Assembly: GCF_018350175.1 (NCBI RefSeq)
Contig: NC_058368.1
Coordinates: 496,001 to 560,000 of the forward strand
Length of the DNA: 64,000 nt
Source: Felis catus
Taxonomy: Eukaryota
Direction of reading: 5' to 3'
A model generated the notes under the pieces. That model worked only from the letters and a program-made list of their open reading frames with translations. It did no database searches and was not told where the DNA came from. The translations under genes and the position numbers were made by a program. Of the stretch, positions 1-11,801 are shown piece by piece; within the stretch, counting starts at the first letter, position 1, and every line of letters starts with the position of its first letter.

Positions 1-241
<241 letters not shown>

Positions 242-744
242 CTAAAATGTTTTCTTAGTGATGATCTGTGATGAAGCTAAATTCGTAATGGGTTAACTAA
301 AAGACAAGCTTTTTGAGACTCCATCTCATTTCTTTGATAGAATTTCTGTACTTGTAGATTTGATAGCCTAAATCTATGTGGATATGTGAAGAAGATAGAA
401 AAACATGGAGTCAACCATATAAACGATTAGCTGTAGGTTAGTGGCTACCAAATAATACCTCCCAAAGGGTTCAGACTAAAGGTGGTTTTTAGGCTAGGTG
501 GAGATTTCTAATGATCTGTTCAGGATTGTACCCTTCACTGTTTCCTATACTTTATTTTTAAGCTAGGGAATTAGAAGAAATAACCATAATTTAAAATCAA
601 ACAGCTAAGCCAAATCACAATGATTTTTTAAGCCTATATTCACTGTTTTTTAGGACTAGAAGATTATGACATGACTGTATCAACTTTTTCCTTCAGCTTC
701 TCATTGATTATACCTCTTGTTGACCTTTTAAAACCCCTAGGTTT

Positions 745-897
745 CTCTTAAAAACTGAGAATAAGCTGAGGGTTGATGGGGGGTGGGAGGGAATTGAGGG
801 TGGGTGCTGGGCATTGAGGAGGGCACCTGTTGGGATGAGCACTGGGTGTTGTATGGAAACGAATTTGACAATAAATTTCATATTAAAAAAAAAAAAA
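745..897 (+). mobile_element. 5'-truncated felid L1 3' end with poly(A)
   Basis: Very similar to the 3' end of the L1 at ~50716-50866. Has an A-tail and an imperfect TSD aaaacc(c/t)taggttt on both sides. Confidence 0.88.
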
Positions 898-1118
898 AAA
901 CCTTAGGTTTGCTTAGGGCTGGGAATGGGCAAAAGTTCTTTCTGGGTTCTAAAATTAGATTAAAATGTTCTAAAATTAGATTATGGTGATGGTTGCACAA
1001 CTGTAAATTTAGTAAAGATGATTGAGTTTCATGTTATGCAAATTATACATCAGTAAGGCTATGTAAAAGATACTTCTGAGGCACCTATACAGCTTTACCT
1101 TTTTATATGTGTCATGGT

Positions 1119-1305
1119 ATTTTTTTAAGTTTATTTATTTTGAGAGAGAGAGCATGAGCAGGGGAGGGAGAGAGAGAGAGAATCCCAAGTAGGCTCCACA
1201 CAGCCAGCACAGAGCCTGATGTGGGGCTCAAACTCATGAACCACAAGATAATGACCTGAGCCAAACCAGGAGTTGGATGCTCAACTGACTGAGCCACCCA
1301 GACAC
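1119..1305 (-). mobile_element. CAN-SINE (older)
   Basis: Reverse complement of the tRNA-derived head (tgggtggctcagtc), (CT)n tract and A-tail. Confidence 0.85.
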
Positions 1306-1424
1306 TCTTATATGTGTCACCTTATTAACTGTCATGTGAATAGGAAATGACTTGAATGTAGATACAAAAAATTTATGAAACAATTTAAAGTAGCCATATG
1401 CCTATGTATTTTTTTCCTCCCAAC

Positions 1425-1537
1425 TTTTATTTATTCCAGTTAGTTAACATGCAGTGTAATATTGGTTTCTGGTACAAAATTAAGTGATCTGTCACATACT
1501 TCCAACACTCAGTGCTCATCACAAGTGTTCTTAATAC
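1425..1537 (-). mobile_element. Carnivore L1 3'-end fragment abutting an RNF17 splice acceptor
   Basis: agttagttaacat...actcagtgctcatcacaagtg resembles the reverse complement of the L1 3' end at ~14720-14850 and the minus-strand copy at ~15690-15860. Confidence 0.75.
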
Positions 1538-1556
1538 TTGTCTATTTTTTAAACAG

Positions 1557-1864
1557 ATGTAATCCCCAAGAAAATGAAATGGAACAGAATGTTCAAAAGC
1601 AATATAATCATAAAAAGGAATTTTCTTGTCATGATACATACCCATCACAAGAAAAGAAAAAGATTGACGTGTCTTTCCTAACTAATGAAGCCCCACCATG
1701 TTCTTTGCAATGGGAAACCAATGATGTGCATTTAGAAGCAGAAGATTTCCAGCCACAGAAAGAGGTTGTTGCAACACCATCCCCTAAAACCATTACTATT
1801 CTGCCTCAGATGGGATCTAGCCCTGATGTGATAATTGAAGAAATTATTGAAGAAAACCTGGAAA
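1557..1864 (+). CDS. RNF17: RNF17 internal exon (308 nt, phase 2->1) ...[11 protein letters not shown]...[14 protein letters not shown]
   Basis: Acceptor aaacag|, donor |gtgagt. Peptide matches recalled RNF17 ([14 protein letters not shown]). Confidence 0.93.
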
Positions 1865-2434
1865 GTGAGTGAAAATACAAAAGCAAGGAAACAATATGTC
1901 TGTAATTAGAAACAAAATTAGTTCCTATATTTAATAGAAACATAGTGCTGTTATCTTATACCTTCTTCATTATGAGTTAACATCCATTGATTCCTTGTCC
2001 CTGCTTTCACATTTTCCAGAGTTAGGATAATTTTTATTTTTAATGCAATAATCTAAACTCTAAGATGTTAATTTAATGTTTGGTTTAATTGAAGTATTTG
2101 ACTTTTTGGTGTTCTACACATAAACCTTATATAAAAAATGAAGATACTTGTAGAAACGATCTCATGTCTTTGTCCTTAAAGAATAGCTTCTCCTAAATCT
2201 TTGCTCTGAGATATAATCTGTTATAAAAATTTTTTAAAGATATAAACTGTTACATAATCTGAAATAAAATCTGTCATGAATATAATAGCATCTATTTTGT
2301 AACATTTCAATGTATCATAATACTTTGATTAGATTTACAATGTTGTATTCTCCCCATTAACTACTACTACTGTGTAGTTATATTACTGGTCTTCTTTAGG
2401 ACCATTTTCAAGTTCCATTTTAGTTCTCTTCTAC

Positions 2435-2727
2435 CCACTACTTCCCAGTCTGTTTCATTGGTTGATTCTACAGAATGACATTTTGAATGAAACAGCACGG
2501 GGGTGGGGGGGGGGGGGAGGAAGATGTTTTCAGTTGTTTCTATTGTATTTTATCACTGAAATCTCAGTGAGTTAAGAGATCTGTTATCCATCACTTCTCA
2601 GTCTGTTTCATTGGTTGATTCTGCAGAATGACATTTTGAATGAAAAAAAAAAAAGGAGGAGCATGTTTTCAGTTGTTTCCATTGTATTATTATCACTGAA
2701 ATCTCAGTGATTTAAGAAATCTATTAT
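2435..2727. repeat. Tandem duplication of a ~150-bp unit (2435-2587, 2588-2727)
   Basis: Both copies read cagtctgtttcattggttgattct.cagaatgacattttgaatgaaa...atgttttcagttgtttc.attgtat...tatcactgaaatctcagtga.ttaaga.atct. Confidence 0.93.
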
Positions 2728-2863
2728 GACTTTACCTACTGATAACAAGGAGTCTTACCATTCCAGTATTTTGCCAATTCAAGTACAGCTTTTTAAACAG
2801 TAGTATACCATTGTCAACTTAATAAAACTAGTACAATTGCCTTTATTTCCTATTTTGATGAAG

Positions 2864-2953
2864 CACGCTTCACAGATTATCTTGTGGAAACACCTAGAGA
2901 TCCAAAAAAGCCTTTTCAGAAAAAATCATCTTCCGCTGTTGGATCAAAAGCAG
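2864..2953 (+). CDS. RNF17: RNF17 probable cassette exon (90 nt, phase 1->1) TRFTDYLVETPRDPKKPFQKKSSSAVGSKA
   Basis: Pyrimidine tract followed by gaag|, donor CAG|gtactt. Open in the phase required by both neighbouring exons. Absent from the ORF track. Confidence 0.75.
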
Positions 2954-4178
2954 GTACTTTAGCAACTCTGAACTTGATGTTGTGGAGTTTGCTGTACGTA
3001 AAGTAACTCTTACATAGTATGAAGGCAGTGAGTAAAATGAATATTACTATCAACTAAAACTTCTTCCTTTTGAATATTAAAGGTTTTGGCTGTTATTGGC
3101 AAAAATGTTTCTGAAATTTATAACACTTCTGTCAACTGTCTCCCCAGTTACACATATTTATCTCTTTACCCCATATTCAATATGGATATTATTCTTTGTG
3201 ATCTGTATTGGATAGTTAAAATGATCCACTTGTTCAGTTTTTATCATGTCTATACTTGACTGTCTCCAATTCCACTCCTCCTAGTTTTTGAGTTTTAAAC
3301 ATTTTTACTAAATGAAACATCTACATTGTTCAAAAATTATATATTAAAATACTGTGAAATTTTTACCTAACTGTTCCCATTTCATTCGGTCCTTCTTTCC
3401 CTTCCACAGTTTCTTTATGCATATACAAATACACATATATTATTTTTCTAACTTGTTTTTATACAAAAACATAGCACACCGTGCACACTGTTCTGTTCTT
3501 TTAATTCCTTTTTTTTTTTTTTTGTAACATTGTATTCTGAACATCTTTTCAGTAGCTACACTTGGCTTCATTACTGCTGTAAACAGAATATTTTTTTCTT
3601 TTATTCTACCCTCACTACCACCCCCAGCTTCCACCAAAACATGTATCTCTTCCCCTAAATGGTGCTTAGTATTTGGCTTTGCCCAGATGTTTTTTCACCC
3701 CTTTCTAGCCGGGTAAGATTTGTGATTCAGAGTATCTATGAGCTAATTATTAGTTCTTTGGATATAGTATAAACAGGATTTTTTGAGATATGCAAGAAGT
3801 CTATTTAATATCAATGGAGTTCTGAGTTCCAAAATATCCATAAATAAACTGATGTTTTGTTGTAATATGATAGAGTTATAGCATATCTTGACTTCAGCAT
3901 CTAACTACCACGTGAACTACAATTCCACTTAAAATACCTGGCATGTAAAATAAAATAGTTGCAGTTCAGGTTATGCTAAAGGATTTAATGTTGGTAGTGG
4001 GAACTTTATCAGTCTAGTTACTATTTTGGGTTTGGACTTCTTTTTGTGGGGCTTAAGTATTCTAGAGTTTTCAATGCCACAAGACACTAAATATTCTTTT
4101 AGAGGATATTGCATTCAGTTTTTGTGAATTCATTCCTAACTTATGATTTGTTAATATGGGTTAAATATTCTTATCTAG

Positions 4179-4337
4179 GTTCTCCAGAGCTAGTTTTTGT
4201 AAGCCATGTACTACATCCTTGCCACTTTTATGTCCGGAAGTATTCACAAATTAAAGATGCAACAGTACTGGAAAAGAAGGTCGATCAGTTTTGCAATAAG
4301 AGTTTACACCTTGATCCTTCAGACCTTTTGGAGCTAG
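4179..4337 (+). CDS. RNF17: RNF17 exon (159 nt, phase 1->1) [19 protein letters not shown]...DLLEL
   Basis: ctag| and |gtaatg. SHV..P.HFY motif that begins an extended Tudor unit. Confidence 0.95.
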
Positions 4338-5926
4338 GTAATGAAATATTACTCCAAGCTAAAATATCAAATTTATGTAAATATTATATAGTATTTGGCC
4401 AACCCTTATAGGCTAACCCTTATAGACCTTTTATAATACAGATTTGTTCCAGAAGCATAAAAGTTTTATAAGAGGGGTGCCTGGGTGACTTAGTCAGTTG
4501 AGTGTCTGACTCTTGATTTCGGCTCAGGTCAGGATCTCACAGTCTGTGTGATTGAGCCCTGTGTCAGGCTCTGCGTTGACGGTGCAGAGCCTGCTTGGGT
4601 TTCTCTCTCTCCCTCTCTTTCTGCCCCTCTGCTATTTGTGCTCTCTTTGGCTCTCTCTCAAAATAAACTTAAAAGTTTTGTAGTTATATAATTTTATTTA
4701 GGTAAGTTAGCTAAATATTGACTGCTGAGTGAAGTATATATAAAACCTCAATTACAGAGTGAAAGGAGTTATTTTTTTAAATTACAAAGCCCGTCGCAGG
4801 TTATGTAGTTTGCTTCCCTGTCTCCAGGGAAAATTGGCCTCTAACATGATTCCTTGTACTGTGGCTGTTAGTCCCTTGCTGTCCACATGTGAATATTGAG
4901 GATGTCATTAAGCACTTAAATGAGATGCAGGGGAACACCGGTACCTGTTTCCTAGGACCCCACAGAGGGTAATATATTTTGAGGGTACCCACACTGAGGG
5001 TTTGTGTAATTTGCCATAATTTAGGGTCTTATTGCAAATGTTTTCCTTATAATACATTGACTAAATTTGATTATAATAAAACGAAGCTATTATTTGTTTG
5101 ATTTATTAACAGAGTGAGGAAACCATCTATTAATACCAATCAATGCCTATGTATAATACCAAAAAGTATTACCTGTTTAGTTATATAGTACTTTAAAAGT
5201 GTGACTAACTCTCAGTTTATCTGTGTAGCTTCTCAGAATATTCAAAAATTAGGATTATCGTATACTTCTGACAAAAATTAATAGTAATTTTTAACTTTAG
5301 ATAACTTTTAACTGTTGAGTATCTAAGAAGAAAGAAATGTTGTATTAAACTTAACTTTTATGGCTACAAGTAATTCTCTAAAATTTAATACATGTCCGAA
5401 AGAGTTCAGCTTAGATTCAGAAAATTTTCTAAAAAAGCCAAAAAGTCATTCATTGTTTTCAATTAAGGACAATTATTATTTCAAGGCAAATAAATTTGCA
5501 TGACTTAAGTACCTATATTTTGAGTAATGAGTGATAAGGGAAGAAATGTGAAATGATACTTCAGGAGGATATCCTTTTGTTCCTTTTTCCTACATATGCT
5601 CTTCACTGCAAAGGACAACAAATGTCTTCAATAGTCTTTTAACTTACCTATCAAAAAAAAATGGTTTGGGGCTCCTGGATGGCTCAGTCAGTTAAGTGTC
5701 TAACTCCTGATTTCGGCTCAGGTCATGATCTCATGGTTTGGGAGTTCAAGCCCCACATCAGGCTCTGCACTAATGCAGGGATTTTCTCTGTCTCTCTCTC
5801 TCTCTCTCCCTCCCTCCCTCCCTCCCTCCCTCCCTCTCACACATGTGCCTTATCTTTCTCTCTCTGAAAGTAAATGAATAAATAAACTTAAAACAATGGT
5901 TTAATAGTGTATAGTTTAAAACTAAG

Positions 5927-6050
5927 AATAATTGGTTACGTAGTGTATCTACCTAAGAGAAACGTTGATGATAATCGTTAAGCCAAAATAATTGGTTATG
6001 TGGTACATCGATATAAGAGAAAGGTTGATGATAATCTTTAGGCCAAATAA
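5927..6050. repeat. Diverged 60-bp tandem duplication
   Basis: aataattggtta.gt...taagagaaa.gttgatgataatc.tta.gccaaa recurs at a 60-bp period. Confidence 0.9.
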
Positions 6051-6983
6051 ACATTTTGGTTAGAACTAAAATTAAAAGGTTGCCCTAATGTGCCTCTCAA
6101 CTATCCTATTTTTATTAGCATGTCCAGAGGGGATTATACAGGATCCCAGGATCCCTCTGTATATAATCAGTGGTCAGATCTACCAGTTTATCTCAGATAG
6201 GTAACTTAGTTGTTAAGAGGATGGACTCTAAGACTACTTGGATTCTCCTCCTACCTCTTTGCCACCATCTCCATAGGGCTGTTGTGTGGAGTAAGTAAAT
6301 TCAAACGTAATGTACTGAGAACATCACAGAGATCATAGCATTCAAATTCAGGCCTCCTTCTTTCTTGACCTTTTTTCCTGGTTATTAATTTGTAATTCAT
6401 CTGATCTCTCCCTAAGGTCTTCCTCTGCTGCTATGTCCTTGGTTCATCTTCCCCTTCTCTGAACTCCCAGTGTGTATTTAATTTTGGCATGTCACATACT
6501 GCCTTTCATTGTTTCTTTACTTTCATTCCTCTTTATCAAGAGAAGGTAATTGCTTCTTCCTTTATGCTCCCAAAGTATTTTACAGATTTCAGCATTTATA
6601 TATCTGTACATCTATGTGTGCACACGCATGGATAGAAAATTTTTATTGTTGTAAGTACAGTCATTTGCCCATCTCTTTTTCTTTCTTGAGCTTCTTGATG
6701 GCAGGATGGTCTCATTCATCTTTGGTATAGTTCATAAAACATAGGTCTTCTTCAATAAGAGACTGCTAACCTTGTTTTTAGCTCCCTATTTAGCTATATA
6801 ACAGAAACTATCACAGTATACTACCTTTATTTTTTTCATAGCACCTGACATGTATATGTCCTCAGTAAATAAATGAATTAAGATTTCTTTGTGATGAAAC
6901 TGATATATGTGTTCATAAGTTAGAGCTTATTAGGTATTTTTCTCCATAAATACTGATAATGATTTGTCTTCCTCATTATTTAG

Positions 6984-7173
6984 GTGCAAGAATATTTGTC
7001 AACAGTATTGAAAATGGAATGTGGTGTCGAGGAACTATCACTGAATTAATTCCAATAGAAAGTGAAAATATTAGAAAATTTTGTAGTCCAACCAAATTCT
7101 CAGTCCGTGAAGTTGCACTAATACAAATATTCATGGTAGATTTTGGAAATTCTGAAGTCCTAATTGTTACGGG
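6984..7173 (+). CDS. RNF17: RNF17 exon (190 nt, phase 1->2) GARIFV...GMWCRG...[13 protein letters not shown]
   Basis: ttag| and |gtatga. Tudor core motifs WCRG and VDFGN. Confidence 0.95.
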
Positions 7174-7392
7174 GTATGATGTTTTATAGATGTTACATGT
7201 TTCTGGCCTGTTGATCATGGGGGTGGGATACTAAAGAATAAAGGAAATTGAAAATGGGGATAGAGAGGAGTAATTTATCATTCTTCACTTTTAAGGCATA
7301 TAATTTGGCTCTATAATTTGTTTTACTAATTACTAAATTAGTGAAGTATTATCATTTATCAATGTTACTAGGTGAGGAGCTAGTAAAAGGAG

Positions 7393-7624
7393 TTTTTTTT
7401 TTTTAATTTTTTTTTCAACGTTTATTTATTTATTTTTTTGGGACAGAGAGAGACAGAGCATGAACGGGGGAGGGGCAGAGAGAGAGGGAGACACAGAATC
7501 GGAAACAAGCTCCAGGCTCTGAGCCATCAGCCCAGAGCCTGACGCGGGGCTTGAACTCACGGACCGTGAGATCGTGACCTGGCTGAAGTTGGACGCTTAA
7601 CCGACTGCGCCACCCAGGCACCCC
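7393..7624 (-). mobile_element. Young felid SINE (SINEC_Fc type)
   Basis: Near-identical to other young copies in the window. Imperfect TSD aaaggag..ttttt. Confidence 0.93.
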
Positions 7625-8285
7625 AAAGGAGATTTTTGATGTAACCCAAACTTAAGTACTTTTCTGTGTTGCTTCAAAACAGGGAATGATGCACAAAAGT
7701 ATTTCCTTTAAATAAAGTATTACAACTAGCTGCAGGATGACTCAGTAAAATTTTAGATCAGACTTCTATAATTTTATCAGTGCATATTGAAGTGGCATAG
7801 TGTCTAACCGTAGGTATTCAAAAATATTTCTCTCAGTCTTCTAGGAAAATAAAAAAAGATAAAATAATAAAAATAAAACTGAAAATGTTTCTATAGTAAG
7901 GACCACTATTAACTCTAAAATGGTCACTATCTAATGGCCATAGCTTTATAAATAAATAGATTTCTGTTTGAGGACATCATTATCCCCTTTAAATTTAAGC
8001 CAAATAGAAATATGAAAGACAATTCAGATTAAGTCAATTGAGATTTAATTCTATAGAGAAAAATCAATCTCTGTACTTATAAAAACTAGGTTAAAGCTAT
8101 GCAGTAAGTATGAATCAGAGTATAACTTTCTGGAAGATTCAGCTTAAGGAGACTATCCTTAGAAATGCATACCTGTTTTGACAGTAAATTATATTTTTAA
8201 AAAAAGAAATGCATACCTTTTATGGAGGAAAGCAAATTTGTGTTTCAAGTATTATTTTCAATAAATACCACTTGAATTCTTCTAG

Positions 8286-8454
8286 AGTTGGTGATACCCA
8301 CGCAAGATCAGAACACACTGCTGAGCAGCATATAGTAATAAATGACTTATGCCTAGTTCTTAGGAAGTCTGAACCGTATATTGAAGAGCTGCTGAAAGAC
8401 ATCCAGCCGTTAGCACTGCCATGCTCATTGAAAGACATTGTTCCACAGAATTCG
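8286..8454 (+). CDS. RNF17: RNF17 exon (169 nt, phase 2->0) [10 protein letters not shown]...[12 protein letters not shown]
   Basis: tctag| and |gtaagt. Frame continuous with neighbours. Confidence 0.95.
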
Positions 8455-9239
8455 GTAAGTGAGACTTAAATTATTTCTTCTTTGGGGGCTAAATATTCCA
8501 ATTTTAGCTATGTATTACCAGTCAGATTGCAAAGTGTAAGTTCGAGGCACCAATTGTCTTGTGAGTACATTTTGCATAATAAACTATCAGTGCCAGTAAA
8601 AAAGGAAATGAACTTCAGGTTCCATAATTAGAAATATTCTTAGTGGGAAATTGAGTTGAATAAGCATATATGCATGGAATGATAGATGAAATATCCAAAT
8701 AAACCACTAAATTTGAGTCAGATGTGGAGAGAAAAATTTTTAAATATAGTGTAGTGTGAGTTTCCATTTCTTTACTATTTTTGTGGCACTTTGTTCCTTA
8801 GTTGTAGCCCATATCACATATTACTTTGCAGTATTTAGGAAAAATGTCATAAATATTTAAGCATAAGTACTTGCATATTTACTTGCATTGTCTATTCCCC
8901 AGCAAGACTCAACAATTCCTACAAGACAGGAATTGTGTGTAAGAATATATGTTAAACTGTTACGTTATTATGAAATCTATGAAAGCAGGAGTCTGTGTCT
9001 TTGCCCATCGTTGTATTCTCAGCACATAGCAGATTACCTAACACATAGTAGGCATTCAACATATATTTGGAAGAATGAATAAATAAAAAGTAAAAGGAAA
9101 TATATCACATGCGGTGTTTTCCTCAAAATGGTAAAATTGGTTTAAATTTTGTCTTTTGTAATTTTTGACATTTTCTGAGTTGGCTTTAATTTTATAACCT
9201 TTAGAAAGAGGTTTTATTTTTTAAGAAACATGTAGCTTT

Positions 9240-9826
9240 TTCAAAATTTGAGCATAGTTGGCACACACAGTTACATTAGTTTCAGGTATACAACAGAGCG
9301 ATTCAACAGCTCTGCTGGAGGTATCACAATTCCAGATTTCAAAATACACTACAAAGCTATACTAATCAAAATAGTAATGGAACAGAATAGAGAACCCAGA
9401 AATAAGCCCATGCTTATAAGATCAATTAATCTATGACCAATGAGGCAAGGATATACAATGGGGAAAAGACTGTCTCTTCAATAAATGGTGCTGGGAAACT
9501 GGACCATTTTCTCATACCATGCACAAAAAGAAACACAAAATGAATTAAATTCCTAAATATGAGACCTGAAGCCATAAAAGTCCTAAATAAAACATAGTAA
9601 TTTCTTTGACATCGGCCAGAGTAACATTTTTCTAGATATGTCTCCTCAGGCAAAGGAAACAAAAGCAAAAATAACGTATTTGGAACTACACCAAAATAAA
9701 AAACTTTTGCACAGTAAAGGAAGCCATGAACAAAACGAAAAGGCAGCCTGTTGAATGGGAGAAGATATTTGCAAATAATGTATCTGATAAGGGATTAATA
9801 TTTAAAATCTATAAAGAACTTAACAC
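9240..9826. mobile_element. L1 fragment with 5' inversion (minus-strand 3' end ~9240-9312 joined to plus-strand ORF2 segment ~9313-9826)
   Basis: ttacattagtttcaggtatacaaca is the reverse complement of an L1 3' end. It is followed by ORF2 sense peptide AGGITIPDFK. Confidence 0.75.
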
Positions 9827-10277
9827 CAGAAATGTATAGTTTTAACTCTTAAAATTTAGGTATGGTGGGGGGGACTTAAAGATTCAAAGATCAACTTAAA
9901 ATTTTTTTAAATGAGTGAATACTTATCCTTACTGTTTAAGTAGCATGTACCTCCTATATTCCTAGTTAACGGAAACTCAGTTAACTGATGATTACAGATA
10001 TCTTGATTGCATTACATGGCTCCCATTATACTTTCAAAATTACCTTTTGAATTTGTCATTTAAGAGAAAAAAAACTACGCAATACTTGTTTTATTTTAGA
10101 ATATTTATAATCTTCGTATTAATATTCAGAGGTGAAACTAAATTCTAAAGTACAATAGCTTATGGACACCTTGAGACTGTTCATAAAATCAAAGGTCTAG
10201 GGGCACCTGGCTGGCTCAGAACATGTGACTCTTGATCTTGGGGTCGTGAGTTCAAGCCCCATATTGGGCATAGAGCT

Positions 10278-10279
<2 letters not shown>

Positions 10280-10328
<49 letters not shown>
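10280..10328. repeat. (CA)n microsatellite at the tail of a short SINE (~10200-10279)
   Basis: Uninterrupted AC run directly following gggcacctggctggctcag...gagttcaagcccc. Confidence 0.95.
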
Positions 10329-10331
<3 letters not shown>

Positions 10332-10541
10332 TCCATATATTGTGCATACATAAGCACCGACCTTGGGTTTGTGACCATAACTGTTGTTTAGTGTCTATGG
10401 TTGAGTCCCTTTGCTCGTTTGCAGTCTTTGGTTGTATAAAGCCAAATCCAAACAAAACAAAACCAAAGATAAATCCAGAGTATTGTACCATTAGCACTAA
10501 TTATAATTACTAAGTACATCGGAATTTTACTTTTTCCACAG

Positions 10542-10732
10542 AATGAAGGCTGGGGAGAAGAAGCTAAAGTAGAATTTTTGAAAATGGTAAATAACAAGGC
10601 TGTTTTAATGAAAGTTTTTAGAGAAGAAGATGGTGTGCTTATTGTAGACCTGCAGAAACCACCAACAAATCAAATAAGCAGTGATATGCCTGTGTCTCTT
10701 AGAGATGCATTAGTTTTTATGGAATTAGCAAG
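10542..10732 (+). CDS. RNF17: RNF17 exon (191 nt, phase 0->2) [14 protein letters not shown]...[10 protein letters not shown]
   Basis: tttttccacag| and |gtaggt. Open frame that is not in the ORF track. Confidence 0.95.
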
Positions 10733-11659
10733 GTAGGTAACTTATTAAATATTTTTGAGATTATAGTTATAAATTGGAATAGCAGAATTTACCTTTAAAA
10801 ACTATGGACTGACTCCAAAGTGAACATTAAGAGATTAGAAAAAACGCTATTAGTTTTCTAAGTATAGTTGTCAGAAAATGACATTCAGATAATTTAATAA
10901 AGAAATTAAAACTCAATTACAACTCAAAATAGAAACTGTAGATACTGAAACAAATTTTAGACTCCTGATAACTTCACAGTCAGCTCCCCTAGGGTTTTAA
11001 GAATTACAGTTTAACAGTCCCTGACTTAAATTTTCTACCCTTTAGAGTAAGTTCATGATCACCCACACTGTATTTAATGTCTGAATCTAGAATAGATTCT
11101 TCAAGTTTCTTCCCCCACCCCCATCACTGATGAACAAAGTAGGACGACTGAGAGAGATAGTGGAAGATACTAACTTTTTGTCCGAGTGGGGAGATGACTC
11201 TGGAAGTGACCCAAGTAGGTTTCATTGTAGAGAAATAAGAGTAGTATTAGAGCTGGAGGGGGCCCATGGAGACCCTCAGCTGGCCTGGGTGCTACTATGA
11301 ACTGTGGTTATCAATTTAACTGAAAGATGAGAAACTGTTTTTTTGTTTTGTTTTGTTTTGTTTTTGTTCAAAAGAGGAGAATCCTTGAATCTGAGTAGAA
11401 GAAACAGGCCTAGCTCAAAAATGTTCCAACACAAAATTGAAGGTCAATTGTTGACTTTGGAGACTTGACATCTTATTTAACCTAGTTTGATAATTGGAGA
11501 CAATACCAAGAAATGTATTAGAAGAGAAATTGGAAAGGGAATACTCTTGGTAGATAAATAAGTATATGCACAAGTCTTTTCTTCAGACCAAGTTGCTAAG
11601 AGAAGAGATTCTTTGAAGAAAATGGTTCTTGCTTATGCTTTGATTGTGCTTTCGATTAG

Positions 11660-11801
11660 GTTTAGGTCACAATCACCAAGAAGCCACTCTGAAAAAAATA
11701 TGACTTTACATTATCACCCACCTGTTTTGCCTAAAGAAATGACAGATGTTTCAGTTATGGTTTGTCATATAAATAGTCCTACTGATTTCTATCTTCAGTT
11801 G
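11660..11801 (+). CDS. RNF17: RNF17 exon (142 nt, phase 2->0) FRSQSPRSH...[13 protein letters not shown]
   Basis: attag| and |gtaagt. SP.DFY motif. Confidence 0.94.

Noticed and set aside
4795..5030. Moderately GC-richer patch as a possible extra exon
   Set aside because: Stops occur in the plus-strand frames I tried, I recognise no homology, and the flanking exons already join in frame.
2435..6050. Direct repeats as a CRISPR-like array
   Set aside because: Each has only two adjacent copies, there are no spacers, and the context is eukaryotic.
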